DNA of 35,653 nt from Spirogloea muscicola (taxonomy: Eukaryota). A program made the position numbers and the translations under genes. The stretch covers positions 697,911 to 733,563 of the forward strand of contig WELB01000009.1 in assembly GCA_009602725.1 (NCBI GenBank), read 5' to 3'. Below, piece by piece: positions 27,569 to 35,653 of this stretch. Numbering within the stretch: the first letter of the stretch is position 1; each line of letters begins with the position of its first letter. The notes beneath the pieces are model-generated. The model did not search any database and was not told where the DNA came from. It was given only the letters and a program-made list of their open reading frames with translations.

Positions 27569-28339
27569 GAGGAGGCACTATGACCAGCTCATCGCGTAGT
27601 GTGTTGTTGCCAGCTTGTCTCATTCAATAAATGCGGCTCTATAGATGGCTGTTGCAATAGTTGCTTCAGCTACAGTGTGAAAGCATGCATGATCAGAGTT
27701 GCATCTGTCCCTGAGTGGCAAGCAAGCACCAGCTGCATCATTCCAGAAGGCCACCTTCCTCTGTCCGTGCCTGTTGGCTTACGTGTTGCACGTTCCCATG
27801 AGGTGTGCCTGGTGACCAACCATGAGGAACCGCATGTAATTGGACAGGCAGGTGCCAAGTCAGGAGCACATTAGCAGCCCCTGATGGCCCAGTTGCAGGG
27901 CTGAGCACTCCGCACCATCAGGCCACCACAAGCATACAGTGGCAATGACACGGCGATGCAACCCAGGCAGAGGCACAGAGGCAGGCGCAGAGGCTCGCTG
28001 CGGAGCTGGTTCATGGTTGGGCATGATAGTGCACTGCCAGCTAGCAAGCATCTGTATGCAGGAAATCGTCCCCTCAGAATAGAGAGGAGAGGTTGATGTT
28101 GTTAGTCCAGAGCCACAGGACACAGGTGTAGGTATTCTTCTCTTGCTAAACTGGCCGTCATCCTACCGTCCAGCTGGGGAGCTACTTCTCCATGTCCGCT
28201 AAACAACGGAGGGGTTGTAGTGGCGTCTGGCTGCTGCCACAAGAGGGTAAGGCTTGGCAGGGCTCTGACTACGATCAGTTGACAGACCGGTGGAGCCAGG
28301 CAGAGAGAAGGGCTCAGAAAATAAATGCGGCCTAGGGTG

Positions 28340-29560
28340 GCCAGCCCGAATGTACAGACTCAGCCGGCCAGCGACAACCATGCGTGGCTCATTGTACGAT
28401 TGCCCAGAAAAGAGAATAAAAGAAGCTCGAAGGCCTCAGAAACGCGTCAAAGCACACATCGACTCAAGTGGCCATGGGTGCTCAGTATCCCCTGGTGAGC
28501 AGCCGCAGGTCAGAGAAAGTAGTTTCCGAGTTATCCTGTCTAAAGCCAGAGGCTGCAGCCAAAACGCGACCAGCACGCAGACAAAGCGTGTTTGCCATTG
28601 ACCGTTGCAGCGGTACTGACATGTGCATACTAAATGCGAGCCTGCCGCTTCAGAATCGGCCTGCTCCCCTTGGGAACGTCAAAACACCGCGCTGGAACGA
28701 ACGAAAGTGAAAGAAGAAAGTGCTCGCCCATAGAGAAGAGTGGCTGGCAAAGAGAAAGGGCTCGCCCATTGAGGATAGGGGCTGAAACAGCCAGCCCAAA
28801 AAAGAATGAACAAAGTACAAGAAGGGGGCCAGGGGAAGCACTAAGAAAGACAAACACAAGAAGAAACAAAGCAGCTACGAATCACTCAGTAACCCCTGCT
28901 AAGCAGTCGCAGGGCAAAGAAGAAAGGGCTCGCCCATTGAGGATATGGGCTGGAACAGCCAGCCCAAAGAAAAGGAATGAATAAAGTACCAGAAGGGGGC
29001 TAGGCGAAGCACTAAGAAAGACAAGCACAAGAAGAAACAAAGCAGCTACGAATCACTCAGTAACCCCTGCTAAGCAGTCGCAGGTCAGAGATGCTAGGCT
29101 GCTGGAAGTGGGTCCCCTTGCCAGAGCCAAAGCCAGCCCAAACAGAATGGACAATGTCCAAAGCCAAAGAAAAGAGGTGCCGGAAAAGGACTACACTACC
29201 AAACACGAGACGATGCAGAGGAAGCTCAGTACCCGCGAGTGAGCAACATCAAGTCAAAATAGCTCGCTGAAAGAGGCACTCTGCCGAGACCCGGAGGCAG
29301 CAGCCATAGCACGGCCTGCTCGCGAGTGGACGGCGTAGGCAAGGGAGAAGGGCTCGCCCATTGAGGATAGGGGCTGGAAAAGCCAGCCCAAAAAAGAATG
29401 AACAAAGTACGAGAAGGGGGCCAGAGGAAGCGCTAAGAAAACAAAGCACACAAAGAAAGAAAGCAGCTGCAAACCACTCAGCAGCCCCTGCTAAGCAGCC
29501 GCAAATCCGCGAGGCTAGGGTCCTGAAAGTGGGTCCCCTGGCCAGAGCCAGAGGCAGCGT
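28340..29560. repeat. Modular repeat array, locus 2 (same family as 12.2-14.15 kb)
   Basis: Near-identical ~165-bp units at 28753-28913 and 28921-29084, with a third at 29346-29505. Cores at 28480, 28885, 29056, 29224 and 29477. 28449-28500 matches 13288-13340; 28707-28752 matches 13882-13979 modules; 29128-29170 matches 13976-14020. Confidence 0.9.
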
Positions 29561-29862
29561 TGGAACGGAGAAGGGGGCCGAGCCAGACCAGGGTGTCGAC
29601 GGCGGGTAGGTGTGCCGACGGCGGCAGTATCGGTGTAGCTTCGCGCCCGCTTTACCGATCGCTGACACCGGGGTTACCAATTGCGCGCCCTGTCTGCCTA
29701 AGCCCGTGGCTCGTCTAACAAAGTGCACCGTCTACTGTATATGCAACTAGCTGGCTTCTACAAGCGCTCTTTTATCGTCAGAATTCGGCCCTCCAAACCA
29801 GCAGCAGGCCCCCCTCCCCCGCCCCACCGCCCCCCGGCGGCGCCCCCGCGGCGGCGGCGGCC

Positions 29863-30365
29863 ATGNGCTGTCGCGGCGCCGGCCGTGGGCGGAGCTCGTC
29901 GACCGCTCGGCGCTCGCGCTCCCCGACTCGCTGGGCGAGGCCGCGTCGCGCCTGCGCCGCAACGTCGCCTACTTCCGCGTCAACTACGCCGTCATCGTCG
30001 CCGCCGCCGTCGCCCTGGCGCTCATCTGGAAGCCCATCACGCTGCTGTTCCTCGGCGGCACCGCCGCGCTGTGGATGTACGTCCTCGTCGTGCGCACCGA
30101 GCCGCTGGTCGTCGCCGGGCGCACGCTGAGCGAGCGCGAGAAGCTCCTGGCGCTCGCCGCCGTCACGCTCCTCGCCTTCCTCCTCGGCGGCGTCCTCAAC
30201 GTCCTCATCACCGGCGTCACGGTTGGCGGCGTCGCCTGCGCCCTGCACGCCGCCTGCCGCATCCCCGACGACCTCTTCCTCGACGACGCCGACGCCGCCG
30301 GCGGCTTCCTCGCCGCCTTCCTCGGCGGCGGCTCCGCGCCCGCCGGCCTCGTGCCCCACGTCTAG
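29863..30365 (+). CDS. PRA1: Prenylated Rab acceptor PRA1, B-type, intronless
   Basis: LSRRRPWAELVDRSAL..PDSLGEAASRLRRNVAYFRVNY, hydrophobic segments, PLVVAGRTLSERE, HAACRIPDDLFLDD. The ATG at 29863 is out of frame across the n at 29866, so the N-terminus is probably incomplete. Confidence 0.92.
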
Positions 30366-31228
30366 CCCCGCTCCCCCGCAGCCCATCTGACCACATTGTC
30401 AGGATCTGCTTTTTGGACGCTAGCTTCTGCTTCTGGCTGTCACACCCGTTCTCATCATCCGCCTCCTGCTGATCCTGGCCGCTGTGCCGACCTCCGAGAC
30501 CTGCACGGAGTTGGCCGCCCTTACGCATTCGCTTGTGGCGCTACGCTATTCTGGTGTACTCAGCTGTATTATGTAGAGGCGCCACCTGCAGTCTATGAAT
30601 TGCAGCGCCCATCGTCCACTGCTCTTGTACTAGAGGCGGGCCACCCCTGAAGCTGGGCAATGTGCACTTGGAGACAGGGCCTGCCTGCAACCTGAAATTC
30701 TTTTACATTTTCTTGGCAGCAAGTTTGGTGGGTGTGATGGAATTGATCACGTTTGCGGTGGAGCGCCATTGGCCTCAATCAGTGAATGACGACTAAATGG
30801 TGCGCCATTTGAGGGCTTGCGACTGACGGACACAGTCTGGCATTTTGAGCAGTCAATGCTTACTCAAGAGGGCGCCACCACATGTTGACATCCTTAAATT
30901 CGATCTCAATCGTTACCAAGCCTAAGCCAGAGAGACAGTAGAGGCGAATGCAGCAAGCTTACAGCTTGGCAATAGTGCTGGCGGACAGTGGCACACTTGC
31001 AGGCCCGGAGAGGCTCGTCCCTCGTTGTATCTGTGCCGACCTCCGGCAGCGCTGTTTGTAGCCGCCGGCAGCTGTAGAGGGGCTCGATCAAATCTGCAAC
31101 CTAACCTCCTGCACCTGCCGGGTTGAAGGTGCAGATTGTGCTGATGTATACACAAGCTTGAGCTGAGCTAGGTGTCATCAGATTCGATGGTTGCAAGGAG
31201 CGCGCATAGGTAGCCGCCAGGGCTGGTC

Positions 31229-34200
31229 TTAGCATCCCTCGTCAACTGCCGCCGCCGCTGCCTCCTCCGAGACATCTGCCGCAGCAACCTCACCTAGGAC
31301 GTCCTCTGCCAGCTGCTGCTCTGCCACTCCAGAGTGCTGCTGCTGCAGCTGCTCCAAGTGCTGCAAGAGCTGCGCCGCCTTGCGCTTGGCACGCGGCGTC
31401 CCAGCCTGCAGCAGTGATGAGAGCGGAGGGACAACCCCCAGCTCCAGCGCCGACTGCGAGTGCGCCACCCCATTGAGGCAGAGCGCCAGCAGAACTGCAG
31501 CAGCATTCTCCTTGTTCCGTGGCGTCCCGACTCTGCAAAGAGAGCAATGAGTCCATTGAGTTGTCTGGCAATACGTCTCCAAAGTTATGCCAGGAGCAAG
31601 AGAAGACAACCAGGCGACAGCGTAATACTCTATGCTAGTATGAGGTTAAGCTGCCACGGCTTGAGCAAGAGGTTGACGACCTAGCATCAAGGCGCCAATA
31701 GCATAATCGATTATTAATTGGTCGGCCCTTGTACATGCTAAGCACCACATAGGCATGGCATAAGGCTGCAAGGAGGCAGAAACCAAGTCTCGCTTGCTAC
31801 CTGATCAAGTCAACCAATGCAGGCACGGCTGAAGCCTGGCCAATGGCAGCCCGGCCTTCACTGGCAGTTGTAAGGATGGCAAGGATTGCTAGGGCCTCAT
31901 CTGTCATGCCGGCGGTTCGGTCGATCAGCAGGTCCATCAGCGGGGGCACAACGCCAGCCCTCACGGCAAGGGACTTGTTTCCCTGCAGTAATGGAACTCA
32001 ATGAATGTAAGGCCCCTTGCTTGTTGTGGCAAGCCCAACTGCCATCAACCCCCAAAATTTACAGTACAGAGCTTCATCTATCACAACGTCCCACTGCCTA
32101 GAGTCTGATATAGAACACGTGATGGAATGAAGTGCTCATAAGGAGACGCTCAATGCGTGCGGAGCTTGACGACTGCAGGTCATCAGATGAACTTGCTGTA
32201 TGCAACTTGAAACAAAGCCAGTATGTGCCAATCACAGGTCACAAGCATGTTGAGCTTGTGCCTGAAAAGGCTCTCCCCTTGAGACAAGCAGCGCATATCT
32301 TAGATCAACATCATTCGCAAAGATCCAAACATCTACTAGATGGCAGGAGTTATACCCCATAGATGGACAGATTGAAGAGCGCCGTGGCTGCGTCCTTCTT
32401 TCCACGCGGGGTGCCTTCTTCCAGCAGCTCCACCAGCGCTGGAATAGCTCCTGAGTTGCCAATGCTTACTTTGTTGTCATCAACAACAGAGAGGCTGAAG
32501 AGCGTCGCTGCTGCATTCTCTCGGGCCTCCATGCTGCCATTCCTCAGCACAGTGACAATGGGATCGATAGCACCACACTGCACAATGGCCCCCTGAAGGC
32601 AAGCCAAGGATCTGATGTCAATGACACCCAACCAAGCCATTTGCCAAATTGCATCAGTCAAGGTGGAGGGTGTTCAGAGCAGGTGAAACTTCAACCTGGG
32701 CAGGCCCAAGGTGCGTCTTGGTACAAAATATATAACAGGGTTCCATAGTCATTAAGATGTCATTACATTATTAACCATCCATTAGCAGCAGGTGCCTTAC
32801 AACGTGCAGCAAGTCAATTGCTCATCCGTGGTACCGCTGACCAACCTTGTTGTCTTCGTTGATGGATAGATTCAGAAGGGCAGTCACAGCATGTTCTTGA
32901 GTCTTCTGATCTGGCGAAGTCAAGAGCCCAACGAGCTTGGGGATGGCTCCCGAGCGAGCAATACAGACGCGGTTCTCCATGCTCTTCTTGGCCAGCAGGC
33001 GGAGCTCGCCAGCTGCCGCTCTTGTCACATCTTACAGACACAATGAAGAGCCGTGTTAATCCTTGTTACACTCGTTCATAGCAGCAATTATGCAACAACC
33101 ACACAGAATTGATCAGGTGACATTCAAATGATGTCTGTCACTGTAATAGCCAATTGATATGCAAGTCTTGAAAAGAGTCCACTACACAGAAGCTGATGTG
33201 AAGGATGAGGAGGGATGAAAGCCTAAAGGGTTGACACAGTCTTCCAGTGGGACAAAGTATTCAGTGGAAAGTACCGAAGCTGACATGTGAGAGAGGACTT
33301 CAGAAATTCACTTTGCTGAGTGTATTGAAACACAGAGCAAGCTATGAAGTGCAGGCGACGTGCAATACCTTGTGGCCCGGCTGTGAGTTTCTCCAGGAGA
33401 GTCTTGACAAGAACCTGGTCTGGACCCACTTCCACACCTATGTCCGATGCCGTGCGCCCCATTTTCTGATTGCGGATGCCCAGAATAAGCTAGCGTCAGA
33501 TTGAGCACATGAAATGGTCCCCAAAATGGTCGCCCTCTTGTCACAAGTGTCTGTGACTACAAAAGCCAGTAAGCTGCTGGTGCTACTAATTACGTGAAGG
33601 AGTGCTACCTTGAGCTCAGGCTTCGAGCCAGGCTTCTTGGGCACCTCCACCCCATTTTCGTCACACCACTGAGCAATGAGGCTGCGGAGTACATAGTTGG
33701 GGATGAGCACTAGGTGAGATAGCTTCTGTTGCGTCTTTGGACAGGTCCGCTGCCCAGAATCGAGCCACTTCTGGATGCAGGCCCTTTCATATGTCTGCAG
33801 TACAAGCCAACAAAGTTCCAGTCAGTAACTCTGTTGACGAGATATCTCAAGGTGACAAAGCTGTTGATCAGATGTATCAGTTATTGCTTGAAACTGCCAA
33901 GACCTATACATTTATGGTACGGTCGAAATTATGCTGCAGAAAGTGGCTGCTGCAACCATTGGCAGATGCAACCGTGGACCCAGTGCCAGATCACAGAGTA
34001 AGGGATGTGTCAGAGCTATTCTCCGCTATCTGCAAAACTTTGACACACAGCACACCCACGCACTTTGTAGCACTGCATGACCGTACCTGTCCTGTCGCCA
34101 CAATCACAGGGTCGTGCATCAGCTCTAGCGAGATGGGGCACTTGAAATCCTCTGGCGGCTGCGGAGCCGCGTCGATCCTGCTCGATGAGCCCGTGCCATC

Positions 34201-35574
34201 GTCCCCTGTATCCCCACCAATGTACGTCTTCCACTTGCGGAGCAACTTCAAAGTGACTGACATCTCGTTCTCCGTGACTGCGGTGTCGAACTGCCTGACC
34301 AGCCTTCGGTCCCGCAGCAAGGCGCGCTGCTTCTGCAGTGCCCTGATGTCCCCGGCTACGGCGTCGACAGCCATGAGGTCCAGCCGCTCCGCAACTGACT
34401 GCATGTCAGACAACGCCAGGCAGCCCTGCCGCTCCTTGACGAGGAGGTTCTTGATGTCGGTGTAGAGCTGCTCCTCCTGCGAGTCTGTCGTGCCCTTGGA
34501 TCGCCTCAGTTGCATGTGGACCAGCTCCACCTGCAGAACAACCACAACCTTGTCAACCTTCTATGAAACATTTTGTCGATGACCAGATAGCTGCTGCTGA
34601 GCTTGGCTTGCACGGGCGGCTCGAGAGAGAGGCTGCGACATGGTACCTGCTCCTTTGTGTCTTCGGACAAGCCTATCAACTCCAGCGGCAGCTTGTCCAA
34701 GGCAGCGATGAGGTCGCTGGTCACCTCCTGGAACATGGACACGATGAACGGTTGGTTCATCACCTGCACCGAGTCCACAACTCCACCACAGCGTCAGCAC
34801 TCCAAGCACTTCCAGAGGCTTGCCTTGAGACCGACCAGGACAACCCCTGCGATGCATTGCGGCCCAATGAGGGCACCCAGCAAAGCGGGGAGAAGGAGAG
34901 CCTGAGAACAGCAGCTCTGTAAAGTGAAATGACATCTTAGCAAGCATTGGCAAATCAATTAGCCATATATGATGCAGCCGGTAAGAGGGCAAAGACGTTG
35001 ACAACAGCATGCTTGGTTGCAGCCAAGGGAAGCGAGGATGGCCAAAGAGACAATCAAGCGGCGCAGCATCAGTGGCAAGCCCGCAGGCCCGAATGACCAT
35101 TACTAAGGCGCTGCTACTGAGACCGCAGGAAGGCAGACTCAAAGGCGGGTGCACAGGTGTGGCCTTGTCGAGCACAGCACATGCCTTCGCCTCTCGAGGG
35201 GCCTTCCAGTGCAAGTGCCAGAAGGAGTGGCCTGAATATCGGTCGCTGCGACGGACGAGAGATGGCGGCGCGGCGGGCCGTCTCACCATGTAGAGCTTGG
35301 AGCCGTCGCGGCACTGCTCGAGGAGCGCGGCGGTGGTCTGCAGCGTGACGTGGAGGTCCTGGAAGGCCTTGAGCACGGTGGGCGCGAGCGGCAGGTCGCC
35401 CTCCCGGACCTCCTCGAAGACCTGCTCCAGGACCTGGATGCGGCGCACCAGCTTGGCGGCGCGCCGGCGGTAGCTCCGCGCCGAGTCGGCGAGCGCCGCC
35501 ACCGCCTGCACCGCCTGCAGCAGCGCCACCACCAGCGCCTTGGGCGTCGTCGTCGTCCTCATCTTGGACACCAT
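31229..35574 (-). CDS. Plant U-box/ARM-repeat E3 ubiquitin ligase with UND N-terminal domain (PUB10-14-like)
   Basis: Nine exons: 35574-35287, 34763-34647, 34530-34087, 33794-33609, 33465-33369, 33030-32846, 32592-32356, 31982-31801, 31532-31229. [11 protein letters not shown]...[19 protein letters not shown]-box: [27 protein letters not shown]...TCPKT...[70 protein letters not shown]. Confidence 0.96.
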
Positions 35575-35653
35575 GGCCCTCGCCGGCCGCCGGTCCCGCC
35601 GCGCGCGGCGCTCACATCGCGCGCCGCCGAGCCGCCGCCGCCGCCGCCGCCGC

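Noticed and set aside
28250..28510. tRNA-like fragments (ctgactacgatcag; GCTCAGT...GGTGAGC D-arm-like core)
   Set aside because: There is no B-box/T-arm (GTTCRA) or acceptor stem, so neither a tRNA nor a SINE can be supported.
34561..35286. 337-aa ORF 34561-35574 as a single coding exon
   Set aside because: Similarity to PUB proteins stops at the donor at 35286; the rest is intron read-through.

Overview
This is eukaryotic nuclear DNA from a plastid-bearing green organism, most plausibly a streptophyte alga. That assignment is an inference from a nuclear ndhN, a UND-U-box-ARM ligase, PRA1.B and plant-type AUG2, with very GC-rich first exons. Eight protein-coding genes were reconstructed by hand from GT-AG junctions: ndhN (5'-partial), a MYST histone acetyltransferase, malonyl-CoA:ACP transacylase, AUG2/HAUS2 (head-to-head with RPN10), RPN10, an orphan coiled-coil/AT-hook protein, intronless PRA1.B and a PUB-ARM E3 ligase. 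A decayed Ty1/copia element (8.46-11.84 kb, minus strand) lacks gag and protease. The least explained signal is a non-coding, modular, hairpin-rich repeat family. It forms two mosaic arrays (about 12.2-14.15 kb and 28.3-29.56 kb), each directly upstream of a gene. Short pieces matching the arrays also occur inside the copia element, each flanked by 8-9 bp direct repeats. Family comparisons rest on recalled reference sequences; no database searches were run.
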